NCBI GenBank assembly: GCA_050261575.1
Contig: JBLNDL010000005.1
Location: forward strand, 124,001-173,368
DNA from: Sphingomonadaceae bacterium
Lineage (GTDB): Bacteria; Chloroflexota; UBA6077
Reading direction: 5' to 3'
DNA: 49,368 nucleotides
Every line of letters starts with the position of its first letter. Position 1 is the stretch's first letter. Shown piece by piece: positions 9,604-20,073 of the stretch. The notes under the pieces were generated by a model. That model saw only the letters and a list, made by a program, of their open reading frames with translations, was not told the origin of the DNA and searched no databases. A program made the position numbers and the translations under genes.

Positions 9604-11640
9604 CTACACCTCTTTCCCCAGCAGGCGCAGCGCCGTTGCCACCACGTTCCTGGGGGTGAACCCGAACTGCTCGAACAGCACCGGCGCCGGGGCCGAGGCG
9701 CCGAACCGATCCAGCCCGATGGCGGCGCCATCCTCCCCCACGTAGCGGCACCATCCCAGGGTGATCCCCGCCTCGATGGAAGCCCTGGCGCGGACCGAGG
9801 GGGGTAGGACGGTGTCCCGGTACTGGCGCGGCTGCTGCTCGAACAGCTCCCAGCTCGGCATGCTGACCACTCGGGCCTGGACGCCCAGGGCCAGCAGCCG
9901 CTCCCGAGCCGCCAGGGCCAGCGGCACCTCGGAGCCAGTGGCGATCAGGATGGTCTCTGGCGTGCCCGAGGGCGCCTCGGCCAGAATGTAGGCCCCCAAC
10001 TCCGTCCCCTCCGCCGGGGCGTACGCCGCGCGATCGATCACGGGCATCCCCTGGCGGGAGAGGACGATGGCTGTGGGGCCCTGCCGCCGCAGCGCTACCC
10101 TCCACGCCTCCACCGCCTCGTTCGCGTCGCCGGGGCGGAGGACTGCCATCCCCGGGATCGCGCGCAGCGCCACCAGGTGCTCGACGGGCTGGTGGGTCGG
10201 GCCGTCCTCGCCGAGCCCTATGCTGTCGTGGCTGAAGACGAAGATCACCCGCAACTGGGACAGGGCCGCCAGCCGCATTGCCGGCTTCATGTAGTCGGAG
10301 AAGGTCAGGAACGTGCCGGTGTAGGGGATGAAGCCGCCGTGCAGGGCGATGCCGTTGGCGATGGCTCCCATGGCGTGCTCCCGCACCCCGAAGTGGATGT
10401 TGGGGCCGGCGTAGGCGCCGGGCCCCAGATCCGGCTGGCCCTTTATCTGCGTCTGGTTGGAGGGACCCAGGTCCGCGGAGCCCCCCACCAGTTCCTCCAC
10501 CTTTCGGAAGAGGGCGTTCAGGGTCCTGCCGGATGCGGCCCGGGTAGCTACCTGCCCGTCGGTGGGCTGGAAGGAGGGTAGATCCGCGTCCCACCCCTCG
10601 GGCAGCTCTCCCGATAGCCTCCGGCGCCAGATGGCCGCCTCCTCGGGATAGGCCGCGGCGTAAGCCTCGAAGGCGGACGCCCACTCGTCCTGCCGCCGCC
10701 GGCCCTCCATCAGCGCCCGACGGAAGTGGGCCAGCGCCTGGGCCGGGATGAAGAATGGGGGCTCCTGGGGCCAGCCGAGCGCCTCCTTGGTGGCCAGCAC
10801 CTCCGCCTCGCCCAGCGGCTCCCCGTGCGAGGATGCGCTGCCCGCCTTGTTCGGGCTGCCGTAGGCGATGGTGGTGTGGACGATCACCAGTGACGGTTGG
10901 TCGGTCGCAGCCCGGGCCTGGCGGATCGCCTCCTCGATCTGGGCCAGGTTGTTGCCGTCCTCGACCCGCTGCACGTCCCAGCCGTAGGCCCGGAAGCGAG
11001 CCTCCACGTCCTCGGTGAAGGTGAGGCTGGTGGGACCCTCGATCTGGATGCCGTTGGAGTCGTAGAGGTAGATCAGCTTGCCCAGCTTGAGGAAGCCCGC
11101 CAGGCTCGCGGCCTCGGAAGCCACGCCCTCCTGCAGGTCCCCGTCGGAGACGATCCCGTAGGTGTAGTGGTCCACGATGGTGTGGCCCGGCCTGTTGAAG
11201 CGCTCGGCCAGTTTCCGCTCGGCGATCGCCATTCCCACGCCGCTGGCGAAGCCCTGGCCCAGCGGGCCGGTCGTGATCTCGACGCCGGGGGTGACGCCCA
11301 CCTCGGGGTGGCCGGGGGTCAGGGAGCCCCACTGGCGGAACCGCTCTATCTCCTCCAGCGGCAGGTCGTACCCGGTCAGGTGGAGCAGGGAGTAGAGCAG
11401 CATGGAGGCGTGGCCCGCCGAGAGGACGAAGCGGTCGCGATCGGGCCAGGTGGGGTCCGCGGGGTTGTGGCGCAGGAAGCGGGTCCAGAGAACGTAGGCC
11501 ATGGGGGCCATGCCCATGGGCGCGCCCGGGTGCCCGGACTTGGCCTGCTGGACGGCGTCTATCGACAGCATCCGGATCGTGTTGACGCAGAGGTCGTCGA
11601 GTTCGGCGTCTGAGACTACGTCGAGACTGGGGTCGGTCAT
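9604..11640 (-). CDS. tkt: Transketolase
   Basis: [44 protein letters not shown]. Confidence 0.98.
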   Translation of the reverse strand: MTDPSLDVVSDAELDDLCVNTIRMLSIDAVQQAKSGHPGAPMGMAPMAYVLWTRFLRHNPADPTWPDRDRFVLSAGHASMLLYSLLHLTGYDLPLEEIERFRQWGSLTPGHPEVGVTPGVEITTGPLGQGFASGVGMAIAERKLAERFNRPGHTIVDHYTYGIVSDGDLQEGVASEAASLAGFLKLGKLIYLYDSNGIQIEGPTSLTFTEDVEARFRAYGWDVQRVEDGNNLAQIEEAIRQARAATDQPSLVIVHTTIAYGSPNKAGSASSHGEPLGEAEVLATKEALGWPQEPPFFIPAQALAHFRRALMEGRRRQDEWASAFEAYAAAYPEEAAIWRRRLSGELPEGWDADLPSFQPTDGQVATRAASGRTLNALFRKVEELVGGSADLGPSNQTQIKGQPDLGPGAYAGPNIHFGVREHAMGAIANGIALHGGFIPYTGTFLTFSDYMKPAMRLAALSQLRVIFVFSHDSIGLGEDGPTHQPVEHLVALRAIPGMAVLRPGDANEAVEAWRVALRRQGPTAIVLSRQGMPVIDRAAYAPAEGTELGAYILAEAPSGTPETILIATGSEVPLALAARERLLALGVQARVVSMPSWELFEQQPRQYRDTVLPPSVRARASIEAGITLGWCRYVGEDGAAIGLDRFGASAPAPVLFEQFGFTPRNVVATALRLLGKEV

Positions 11641-11843
11641 CGAGGGCTCTCCTGAACAACCTTGGTGGCAGCCAAGTTGTTATGCATACTGCGTACCGGG
11701 ACGGCCGCTCCGCACAGCTACTATACCAGGTTGGGCGCGGCCACAGAAACCTGTCCATGTTCGGCACGCGGGGTATGGATGAATCGTGGACACAGCGGCT
11801 AATATAGCGGTAGGCGTACGAACGGTGCTGCAAGGAGGGGGCT

Positions 11844-13301
11844 ATGCAGAACGAAAGCTGCGACATCGGACTGATAGGCCTGGCGGTCATGGGCCAGAAC
11901 CTGGCCCTGAACATGAACGACCACGGCTACAGGGTGGCTGTCTTCAATCGAACCGTCTCCAAGGTGGACGAGTTCATCGCCAACGAGGCCGCCGGCACCC
12001 GGATCGTGGGCGCCCACTCGCTGGCCGAGCTGGCCCAATCGTTGAAGCGGCCCCGACGCATCATGCTGATGGTGAAGGCCGGCGAGACGGTGGACCAGAT
12101 GATCGAGAGCCTCCTACCCTATCTCGAAGAGGGCGACATCGTCATCGACGGCGGCAACTCCCACTTCCCGGATACCGACCGCCGAACCAGGGAGCTAGCG
12201 CGGAAGGGGATCCTCTACGTCGGCACCGGCGTCTCCGGCGGCGAGGAGGGGGCGCGGCACGGCCCATCCATCATGCCAGGCGGCAACCCGGCGGCCTGGC
12301 CCCACGTGAAGGAGATCTTCCAAGCCATCGCCGCCAAGGTGGAGGACGGCTCCCCCTGCTGCGATTGGGTTGGCGAGAACGGCGCCGGCCACTTCGTCAA
12401 GATGATCCACAACGGCATCGAGTACGGCGACATGCAGCTCATCTGCGAGTCCTACCAGTTGATGAAGGACGTCCTCGGACTGGACGCCGGCGAGATGCAC
12501 AGGGTGTTCGTGGACTGGAACCGGGGCGAGCTGGATAGCTATCTGATAGACATCACCGGCCAGATCCTCGCCAAGAAGGACGAGGACGGCGCGCCCCTGG
12601 TGGACAAGATCCTGGACGCGGCCGGCCAGAAGGGGACCGGCAAGTGGACCTCCGTCAGCGCGCTCGACCTCGGCGTGCCGGTCACCCTCATCGCCGAAGC
12701 GGTCTTCGCCCGCGCCCTCTCCGCCCTCAAGGAGGAGCGCGTCGCCGCCTCCGCCATCCTGCCCGGGCCTGGCTACTCCGCCGTGGAGGACCGCGCGGCC
12801 TTCGTCGAGGACGTGCGCCGGGCCCTCTACTGCTCCAAGATCGTCTCCTACGCCCAGGGCTACATGCTGCTGCGGGAGGCGGCCCGAGAGTACGGCTGGA
12901 ACCTCAACTTCGGCGGCATCGCCCTGATGTGGCGGGGCGGCTGCATCATCCGCAGCCGCTTCCTCGGGAAGATCAAGGAGGCGTTTGACAAGAAGCCCGA
13001 TCTCACGAACCTGCTGCTGGACGACTTCTTCTCCAAGGTGCTGATCGAGTACCAGCCGTCGTGGCGTCGCGCCATCATCCAGGCGATTCAGCATGGCGTG
13101 CCGACGCCCGCCTTCAGCGCGGCGCTGGCCTTCTACGACGGATACCGCACCGGCCGGCTGCCCGCCAACCTGCTGCAGGCCCAGCGGGACTTCTTCGGCG
13201 CCCACACCTACGAGCGGATCGACAGACCTAGGGGCGAGTTCTTCCACACAAACTGGACCGGACAGGGTGGCAGGGTGTCCTCCACCACCTACAACGCCTG
13301 A
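11844..13301 (+). CDS. gnd: NADP-dependent 6-phosphogluconate dehydrogenase (decarboxylating)
   Basis: IGLAVMG, GVSGGEEGA, VKMIHNGIEYGDMQ, QAQRDFFGAHTY. Confidence 0.98.
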   Translation: MQNESCDIGLIGLAVMGQNLALNMNDHGYRVAVFNRTVSKVDEFIANEAAGTRIVGAHSLAELAQSLKRPRRIMLMVKAGETVDQMIESLLPYLEEGDIVIDGGNSHFPDTDRRTRELARKGILYVGTGVSGGEEGARHGPSIMPGGNPAAWPHVKEIFQAIAAKVEDGSPCCDWVGENGAGHFVKMIHNGIEYGDMQLICESYQLMKDVLGLDAGEMHRVFVDWNRGELDSYLIDITGQILAKKDEDGAPLVDKILDAAGQKGTGKWTSVSALDLGVPVTLIAEAVFARALSALKEERVAASAILPGPGYSAVEDRAAFVEDVRRALYCSKIVSYAQGYMLLREAAREYGWNLNFGGIALMWRGGCIIRSRFLGKIKEAFDKKPDLTNLLLDDFFSKVLIEYQPSWRRAIIQAIQHGVPTPAFSAALAFYDGYRTGRLPANLLQAQRDFFGAHTYERIDRPRGEFFHTNWTGQGGRVSSTTYNA

Positions 13302-13345
13302 GGCGAGTGTGCGAATCCGGTCGGGGTGCAGCCCTGCGCACCCTC

Positions 13346-13372
13346 GGGCGGACACGCGGGTCCGCCCCCTAC
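13346..13372 (-). repeat. REP-like GTAG palindrome
   Basis: Minus strand reads GTAG-G-GGGCGGAC-ccgcgt-GTCCGCCC, intergenic. Confidence 0.55.
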
Positions 13373-13456
13373 ACTGGGCGGCGGGGGACACGTGACGCGA
13401 GCGAGCACGGCCTCGCGGTCACACCCGCCTTACTACGCTGGTATGGGAGGAGAATC

Positions 13457-14539
13457 ATGAGCAACGGTCTCACCATTCCTCCGCATGGCGAACTGGATTT
13501 CGTGGCCCTGGGCGGCCTCATCCACCGCCTGGATCCGGGGATCGTCCCCTTCCGCAAGGCAACCGAGTGCCAGATCCACGTCAGCGGCGGCGAGTTCAAC
13601 TGCGCTGCCAACCTCTCCGACTGCTTCGGCATGAGGACCGGCATCGTCACGGCGATGGTGGATTACCCCATCGGCGACCTCATTGCCGAGCGGGTGAAGG
13701 CGATGGGGGTGAAGCCCTTCTACAAGCACTTCAAGCACAACGGGGTCAACGGCCCGAACATGGCCACCGTCTACAGCGACCGTGGCTTCGGGGTGCGCGC
13801 GCCGGTGGTCTTCTACAATCGGGCCAACGAGGCCGCGGCGATGCTGAAGCCGGGCGACTTCGATTGGGGTGAGGTTTTCGCGGGGGGCGTGCGCTGGTTC
13901 CACAGCGGGGGGCTCTTCGCGGCGCTCTCGGAGACGACCGGCGAGCTGATAATCGAGGGGATGAAGGCGGCGAAGGCGGCGGGCGCGGTGACGTCCTTCG
14001 ACCTGAACTACCGGGCGAAGCTGTGGAACATCTGGGGCGGCCCGGAGCGGGCGCGGTCGGTGATGGGACGGATCGTGGAGAACGTCGACGTCCTGGTGGG
14101 CAACGAGGAGGACCTGCAGATGGGGCTGGGCATCCCCGGCCCCGAGGTCGGCGCCAAGTCCAAACTGGATCCGAGCGCCTTCTTCTGGATGATCGACAAG
14201 GTGGTGGAGAGGTATCCGCAGATCAAGGTCGTTGCGACGACCCTGCGGGAGGTCCACTCGACCAACCGGCACAGTTGGAGCGCGGTGGCCTGGATCGACG
14301 GCGAGAGCCACGTGGCCCCGACGGCCGAGCTGGACGTCTACGACCGGGTCGGCGGCGGGGACGGTTTCGCCGCCGGCCTCTTCTACGGCCTTCTGGCCGG
14401 CGAGGCGCCGGAGGAGGCGGTGAGGCTGGGGTGGGCCCACGGCGCGCTGCTCACCACCTTCCCCGGCGACACCACCATGGCCACCCTGGAGCAGGTGCGA
14501 GCCTTCGCCAAGGGCGGCTCCGCCCGCATCCAGCGGTAG
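13457..14539 (+). CDS. PfkB-family sugar kinase, 2-dehydro-3-deoxygluconokinase-like
   Basis: SFDLNYRAKLW, GNEED, DRVGGGDGFAAG; ATG at 13457 after GGAGGAG. Confidence 0.85.
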   Translation: MSNGLTIPPHGELDFVALGGLIHRLDPGIVPFRKATECQIHVSGGEFNCAANLSDCFGMRTGIVTAMVDYPIGDLIAERVKAMGVKPFYKHFKHNGVNGPNMATVYSDRGFGVRAPVVFYNRANEAAAMLKPGDFDWGEVFAGGVRWFHSGGLFAALSETTGELIIEGMKAAKAAGAVTSFDLNYRAKLWNIWGGPERARSVMGRIVENVDVLVGNEEDLQMGLGIPGPEVGAKSKLDPSAFFWMIDKVVERYPQIKVVATTLREVHSTNRHSWSAVAWIDGESHVAPTAELDVYDRVGGGDGFAAGLFYGLLAGEAPEEAVRLGWAHGALLTTFPGDTTMATLEQVRAFAKGGSARIQR

Positions 14540-14565
14540 CGCGCCGCCGACCCGGCTCTGACCAC

Positions 14566-14595
14566 GTGGGGCGGGGTCCCGTTGCCCCGCCCCCA
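14566..14595. terminator. Stem-loop after kinase gene
   Basis: ggggcgggg ... ccccgcccc inverted repeat between convergent genes; no U-tract. Confidence 0.4.
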
Positions 14596-14779
14596 CTGGT
14601 CCTTTGGCCAGTGGGCGGCAACGACGCAGGGCAGAGGCTTGTCCGCTGCCGCCCGTCCATCGCCCGGAGGCGGGGGGCGTAACGCGGGCGAGAGGCGCGT
14701 GGGCCGCCCCCGACTCAGGCGATCGACGGCCTCACCTGCCGAGTGACGACCGCAGGCTGGCCAGGCAGGAGATCCTAAG

Positions 14780-15751
14780 CTACCACCTCACCTCCAGTCG
14801 ACCGTTGCCGAAGGTGCACGCTTTCCCGACGTGGGCAATGCTCGCGGCGAGCAGGAGCGGCAGGAAGGGCACCACGCGGCCCTCGTAGACGGCCGTCCCC
14901 ACCACGCCCCCCAGCTTCATCCGCGCGTCCTGCCGGCTGGAGTAGCGCTCCCAGTCCTCCCACCGTAGATCCGCATCTGCCGTCCGCACCGCCTCCGCCC
15001 TTGCGATAGTCCCCCTGTAGTCGGTCTCCCACCGCCTGCCCCCGTGGAAGTAGCTGAGGGAGGAGAGCCGCCGCAGGGCGGACCGCACCAGCACGGCGAA
15101 GGAGGGGCTCGCCACCAGCCTCTCCTCGGACACCAGCCGGGTGGGTGTGAGGAAGCGCACGGTGAGACGCTCCGGCTCGGCGCCGCGGCACCACTGCACC
15201 AGATCGGAGTAGGCGACCGTCAGGTCCACTGGGCAGGGCAGGAGCGAGCCCCGCCGGTAGATGGCCTCCGCGCGGCCGGTGAGGGGGTGCTCCGCCCGCA
15301 CCTCCTCGAGCTCGAAGCGGCCCCGCCCTCGCCCGATCCCCGTCTCGCCCAGGCGGGCGAAGGCGAAGGCGAAGTGCGGGAGGCAGGCGATGGCCCGCCC
15401 CACCAGGACGGCGCGGAACTCGAGCGCGGCCCCCGGCTCGTACACCGGCGCTGGCTGCAGCGGGGGCTCCAGCACGAAGGGGTGGGGGATCTCCCGCTGG
15501 GAGCGGAGCACCTCGGAGTCGGGCGGCACGCGGGTCTCGAAGACGTAGCCGTAGGGGCAGTTGTGGGCCACGGAGCAGCCCTCGCAGCTATCCGGTGGGC
15601 GGCTCCTCTGGAAGCAGGCCGTCCGCTTGAAGGCGGAGCCGAACCCACCCCGCAGGGTGCTGCCCGCGTTCGGTGGTAGGTGGATCGGCTCCAGCGGTCT
15701 CAGCGTGAAGCGGTAGACGGCGAACTGGAGCGCAGGCTGGGAGTCCGTCAC
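14780..15751 (-). CDS. cas6: CRISPR endoribonuclease Cas6
   Basis: GSTLRGGFG, Cys-rich C..C..C...CPY segment, PHPFVL, C-terminal G-loop HVGKACTFGNG; GTG start overlaps upstream TGA. Confidence 0.93.
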   Translation of the reverse strand: MTDSQPALQFAVYRFTLRPLEPIHLPPNAGSTLRGGFGSAFKRTACFQRSRPPDSCEGCSVAHNCPYGYVFETRVPPDSEVLRSQREIPHPFVLEPPLQPAPVYEPGAALEFRAVLVGRAIACLPHFAFAFARLGETGIGRGRGRFELEEVRAEHPLTGRAEAIYRRGSLLPCPVDLTVAYSDLVQWCRGAEPERLTVRFLTPTRLVSEERLVASPSFAVLVRSALRRLSSLSYFHGGRRWETDYRGTIARAEAVRTADADLRWEDWERYSSRQDARMKLGGVVGTAVYEGRVVPFLPLLLAASIAHVGKACTFGNGRLEVRW

Positions 15752-17169
15752 GGTTGGCTCAGCCCCTCCAGCGCCAGCTTCGCCACCTCTTCGAACGGGT
15801 CGTCGCCGCGCGGGATCCCCAGGGCTTCCAGGGCTGCGGCCATGTCCTGCAGGGGCTCCCCGGTCCCTCCACCCTTGGCGTACTCCTCCTTGATCCGCTT
15901 CTCCGAGACCCCCTCGAAGCCGTGGGCGATGATGCACTTGTTGCGCAGGCCCGCCAGACGGTCGAACTTGGCCAGGATCTCGTTCGTCCGCCGGAACTGC
16001 TCGACTCGCTCCTCGTTCGCCAGCTTCTCCTCGCCCTCCCAGGCGTAGCGCACCATCGCCCCCAGGACGGGGCGGCTCGGCTCGCAGAGCCTCAGCGGCC
16101 GGCCTTTCTTCACGGTCAGGCGTTGCAGGTAGCGGAACAGACCTTCCCTCTGCCGGAGTCTGGCCTCGAACTCCTGTCCGTCGTCTTCGCTCCCCACCTC
16201 GGTGGACAACCCCGGGTACAGCTTCTCCACCATGAAACGGAGGGTAGCCTCCTGAAAGCGGAAGAGAATGCCCAGGAAGGCGGCGAACTCCCCCCGCTTG
16301 TAGGCGAGCTGGGCGTTGTGGTACAGCTCCACCAGCAGCGCCTCCAGCTCGCGGTCGCGCAGCCGCGGCAAGCCGCGACGCAGCTCCTCACAGCGGGAGC
16401 GCGCGCTGAACTGGTCGGAGCAGTGCCGCTTCGCCTTCTCCAACTCCGCAGCCGCGATGTCGAAGTCGAAGTGGTACCGGCTCACCGCGTATCGGGCCAG
16501 GTGGGCGACCCAGCCCGGGGCGCCGGCCTCCTCCAGCAGGGGCACCGCGGCCCCAAAGGAGTGCGCCCTCAGCCGGTCTGCCGCCATCCTGCGCGCCGTT
16601 CCCCTGCGGATCTGATCTCCCAGGTCCATCCTGATCGGCCACTTCTCCCCCTGAGGCAGGTAGAGGACCTGGCATTTTTCCCCGAATCGTTCTATCGCGG
16701 CCAGCATCATCCCCATGTTGGCGGCAGGAGTGCCTCCCACGGGGAACACGTAGCACTTCTCCACCGAGGAGGTCCACCTATCTTGGAACTGGGCACGGAA
16801 GAACGAGAGCATATCGTCGTACAGCGAGGGGTTGGCGCGGATCTTCTTCGGCCAGACCTTCTCGATCTTGCCGCGCAACCGTCGCTGGAGCAGTTCACCG
16901 GCCACCTCCGCCAGATAGATCGTGTCGTTGTCCCGGTATTGTGGCGGGGTTCCTTCCGGTTGGTCGCTTCCGTAGAGCACCACCTGGATCTTCGGGTGAT
17001 CCCGGAGCAGCCCTTCGACGGCGGGCGACAGCATCGGCAGGGTGAGTTCCTTCTCCAGATCGTCGATGTAGTCCAGTATCCTCTTCCCCTCGGCCCTGGG
17101 AGGGGAGATGGGCTCCCGCCGGTGCAGCACATCCCGCAGCCCCACGTTGGCCAGCAGGTATACGGTCAC
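15748..17169 (-). CDS. csm6: Csm6-like CARF-HEPN ancillary ribonuclease
   Basis: N-terminal Rossmann-like strand (LLANVG.RD), GGTPA CARF motif, helical middle, C-terminal HEPN R-x6-H (LRNKCIIAHGF); lies between csm5 and cas6; GTG start 17169. Confidence 0.75.
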   Translation of the reverse strand: MTVYLLANVGLRDVLHRREPISPPRAEGKRILDYIDDLEKELTLPMLSPAVEGLLRDHPKIQVVLYGSDQPEGTPPQYRDNDTIYLAEVAGELLQRRLRGKIEKVWPKKIRANPSLYDDMLSFFRAQFQDRWTSSVEKCYVFPVGGTPAANMGMMLAAIERFGEKCQVLYLPQGEKWPIRMDLGDQIRRGTARRMAADRLRAHSFGAAVPLLEEAGAPGWVAHLARYAVSRYHFDFDIAAAELEKAKRHCSDQFSARSRCEELRRGLPRLRDRELEALLVELYHNAQLAYKRGEFAAFLGILFRFQEATLRFMVEKLYPGLSTEVGSEDDGQEFEARLRQREGLFRYLQRLTVKKGRPLRLCEPSRPVLGAMVRYAWEGEEKLANEERVEQFRRTNEILAKFDRLAGLRNKCIIAHGFEGVSEKRIKEEYAKGGGTGEPLQDMAAALEALGIPRGDDPFEEVAKLALEGLSQP

Positions 17170-18227
17170 AGCGTCACCTCCACCCATCCCAACGGCTCGA
17201 CCGCAGCCCCGCCCCGCTCCACCAGCCTCCGGCTCTTGGGGAACGGCGCGCCGGGCTGACCTAGCCGGTACCGATAGCGCAGCTCTCCGAACAGCTCCCC
17301 CTCAGTCAGCGCCGCGCCCAACGTCTTGGCGCCCCACCCGGTGCCCCACGCCATCTGCAGCAGAAACCGGTTCTCCCCCAGCCCGGCCGCCCTATCCTCC
17401 AGACGCTGGTAGAACTGCAGCAGCGGCCGGGGCCCGTGGGAGGCGTAGAAAGCCTTCTCGGCCGCGATCAGCTCCATCGCCCTCTCCCTGCAGATCGATG
17501 CCAGCCGCTCCAGCCATCCGCGCTTCTCCGCCAGCCCCAGTTCGGGGTGCGCCAGGGTATACCGGTCCAGCCCCACCTCGAAGGTCAACTGCGTGCCGGG
17601 CGCCAGCGTCTCCACGGAGAGACGCAAGCCGGACCCCTTGGGCTGAAGCTCGCCTCCACGGAGGGAGTAGATGCTCACGGTGGAGAGCCCCAGCCGATCC
17701 ACCCCCACCGGGCCGCTGTCCCCCACCAGCAGGGCCCGCATCAGGTCGTGGTTGGGGTCTCTACCGAATACCCTCCGCTCCCACTGGGAGCCAGCGTCCT
17801 CGGCGCGCCGATCCAGCTCACCGGCGGTAGGGGCGCGACCGCCTTCCCTGGCGGCAGCCCACGCCACGGCGCTCCGCAGCGCCCCCTTGATCGAGCTGCC
17901 TGGCAGGTAGGCGCGCCCCTCCACGTCCTTGATGCAGGGAAGAACCTCGTTGCCCACCGGTCCCGAGACCGGCAGGGAGTAGGCGGCGCAGGCCCGGTAG
18001 CCCTCGGGGCCCAGCCGCTTCGACAGCCGCACCTCCGGTATCCCGTGGCGCAGCTCCTCCTCGTCGTACCCCTCCAGCAGCTTGCGGGGGTCCATCACCC
18101 AGACCACCCCGCGCTCGACGGCGAAGTCGTAGTCGGCCACGAGGGGCTCCGATCCCGCCCCCACGTGGAGTGGCGATAGCACCTCCAGGGTTGCGATGCG
18201 GTTGGAGCGCAGCGGTCTCTCAGACAT
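17166..18227 (-). CDS. csm5: Type III-A RAMP Csm5
   Basis: LSPLHVGAG, YLPGSSIKGALRSA, DLMRALLVGDS, WGTGWGAKT, PLGWV. Confidence 0.92.
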   Translation of the reverse strand: MSERPLRSNRIATLEVLSPLHVGAGSEPLVADYDFAVERGVVWVMDPRKLLEGYDEEELRHGIPEVRLSKRLGPEGYRACAAYSLPVSGPVGNEVLPCIKDVEGRAYLPGSSIKGALRSAVAWAAAREGGRAPTAGELDRRAEDAGSQWERRVFGRDPNHDLMRALLVGDSGPVGVDRLGLSTVSIYSLRGGELQPKGSGLRLSVETLAPGTQLTFEVGLDRYTLAHPELGLAEKRGWLERLASICRERAMELIAAEKAFYASHGPRPLLQFYQRLEDRAAGLGENRFLLQMAWGTGWGAKTLGAALTEGELFGELRYRYRLGQPGAPFPKSRRLVERGGAAVEPLGWVEVTL

Positions 18228-19257
18228 CGCCGTCCACCTCCAGCGCCACCGGGAAGGCGAGGCCGTAGCGGTAGACCCGGTGGGCGCGGAAGCCCTCTGG
18301 GGTGACGTCCACCAGGTCGCCCGCGGCGGCCGCGCCGACGACGGAGCCCTCCGCCAGCATCCGCACCGCCCTGCTCCGCCATCCCTGCCCCTCGCGGGAG
18401 CCGATCCAGCCGCGGCGGTCTCGCAGCCGGTAGGATGCGGCCTCCAGAACCCCTCGTTCCACTTCGGCCTCCGTGGGGTGGTAGAGGGAGAGGGTGACCG
18501 TCCGCTGTCCCCCCTCCGAGGGGGTGGGAAGGCCGGGGGCCGCCTCCCGTTCCCAGCGGAACTGCCCCCGCCCTGCGGAGCGCTCGCCCCCGATGCCGGC
18601 CTCGCCCAGGCAGGAGAGCGCCACCTCCAGGATCTCCCTCCAGCCGGGCTCGCGCCATCGGACGCCGAACCAGAGGCCGCAGCCCTCGCGGTAGCGCAAC
18701 TCGCCCACGTGGTAGAGGGCGCTCTCGTTGCTGGCCCGGTCCAGAGCCACGTGGGGCACCGTCTCCGAGCCCTCCCACAGCCCGCGTTTCCCGGCGGGCA
18801 GCCTCTCCCGCTCGGCCGCCGTTGTCCAGAGCCCCCCGGGCAGGAAGTTGTCGTCCTCCACCTCCGCGCTCAACGTCTCCCCCGCCAGCCAGCGCCGGAA
18901 CAGCCCCTCGGAGACGAAGGCTACCCTCTTCAGCCGCTTGGCGGCGGCGGTCGAGCCCTCGTCGGGGGCGCCTTCCGGGCGCTGGCTGGGGAGAGGGAGC
19001 ATCGGCCGGGGGTAGAAGCGCACGTCGCCGCCCCAGGGGAAGGTGGACGAGATGAGGAACGGGGCCGGGCCGCGGAGGAAGGCAGCCAGCAGCTCCTCCA
19101 GCCAGCCGGACCCCTCCACCTCTCGCACCGCCCAGCAGAGGGCCGAGAAGAGGGTGTCGGAGGGAACCGTCTTCCCGGCTTCCTCCATCCCGATGCCCCG
19201 CTCCCCCAGGTGCAGGGGGGAGAGCATCCGCAGACGGTACAGCTCCTGCCCTTCCAC
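18220..19257 (-). CDS. csm4: Type III-A RAMP Csm4
   Basis: PLHLG, PSDTLFSAL, ISSTFP, GIGGERSAGRGQF, YRYG. Confidence 0.93.
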   Translation of the reverse strand: MEGQELYRLRMLSPLHLGERGIGMEEAGKTVPSDTLFSALCWAVREVEGSGWLEELLAAFLRGPAPFLISSTFPWGGDVRFYPRPMLPLPSQRPEGAPDEGSTAAAKRLKRVAFVSEGLFRRWLAGETLSAEVEDDNFLPGGLWTTAAERERLPAGKRGLWEGSETVPHVALDRASNESALYHVGELRYREGCGLWFGVRWREPGWREILEVALSCLGEAGIGGERSAGRGQFRWEREAAPGLPTPSEGGQRTVTLSLYHPTEAEVERGVLEAASYRLRDRRGWIGSREGQGWRSRAVRMLAEGSVVGAAAAGDLVDVTPEGFRAHRVYRYGLAFPVALEVDGDV

Positions 19258-19266
19258 GGTCCCCTC

Positions 19267-20064
19267 CTACGCCAGGTGCAGGCGGGAGAGCAGCCACCGC
19301 TCCAGCCCCGCCATCAACCCGGGCTTCTCGGTGAGCTCCCTGAGCGAGAAGGTCGTGGCGCCCTCCCACGGCGTCCAGGTGGCGATCTCGTCCCAACTCT
19401 CCCCGACCCGGCAGGTGATGGAGAGGCCCTGGAAGGAGACCTTCCCGCTCCCCCTCGAGCCCTGCCCGCCCAGGTAGTCCTCCTCCAGCAGTTGCATCGC
19501 GCGGATCACGAGGACGAAGCGGCGGACGTCTTCCGGCTCGTAGAAGGCGAAGCTCATCTCCATGGGGCCGAACACGGCCCCCGCGGGCACCCGCTCCATC
19601 TGGCGAGGGGTCGCGACGGAGGTCACCCGGTCGATGGCCACCTCCCACTTGACCTCGGTGAAGGGGAGGTCGGTTCGGGCCTCCTCCAGGCGGCGGGCGC
19701 TCTCCTCCTCCAGCGGCACGTCCCGGACGAGGAGCCGGGTCTGGCTGGACCAAGATTGGGCCGGAACCCCGAAGACGTGGCAGAAGTCGCAGCCGCGGTA
19801 GGACTCCTCTTCCTCGCAGGCGTGGATATTGACCTGGGAGATCCGGTAGTCGTGGAGGAGGCCCTGCGCTCTCTCCGAGAGGGACCTCATCTTGCCTCGG
19901 AGGGAGGAGCCGGGTATGTAGGGGCGGTTGGTTAGTGGGTCCCGCACCACCGGGTTATCCATGCCGCCGATGGCGAGCCCCCCGGACCCGCCTCCGATGT
20001 GCAGCCCGGTCTCGGCCAGGATAGACCCTCGGATGAAGGCTCTCCCCAGCAATGTGATTATCAC
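19267..20064 (-). CDS. csm3: Type III-A RAMP Csm3 (Cas7 backbone, target RNase)
   Basis: TGLHIGG, GGMDNPVVRD (catalytic Asp position retained), PYIPGSSLRGKMRSL, YLGGQGSRGSG. Confidence 0.95.
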   Translation of the reverse strand: MIITLLGRAFIRGSILAETGLHIGGGSGGLAIGGMDNPVVRDPLTNRPYIPGSSLRGKMRSLSERAQGLLHDYRISQVNIHACEEEESYRGCDFCHVFGVPAQSWSSQTRLLVRDVPLEEESARRLEEARTDLPFTEVKWEVAIDRVTSVATPRQMERVPAGAVFGPMEMSFAFYEPEDVRRFVLVIRAMQLLEEDYLGGQGSRGSGKVSFQGLSITCRVGESWDEIATWTPWEGATTFSLRELTEKPGLMAGLERWLLSRLHLA

Positions 20065-20073
20065 GTTTCCCTC

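Noticed and set aside
8990..11914. 974-aa ORF and many other long overlapping or antisense ORFs
   Set aside because: Shadow frames of well-supported genes, expected at this GC content
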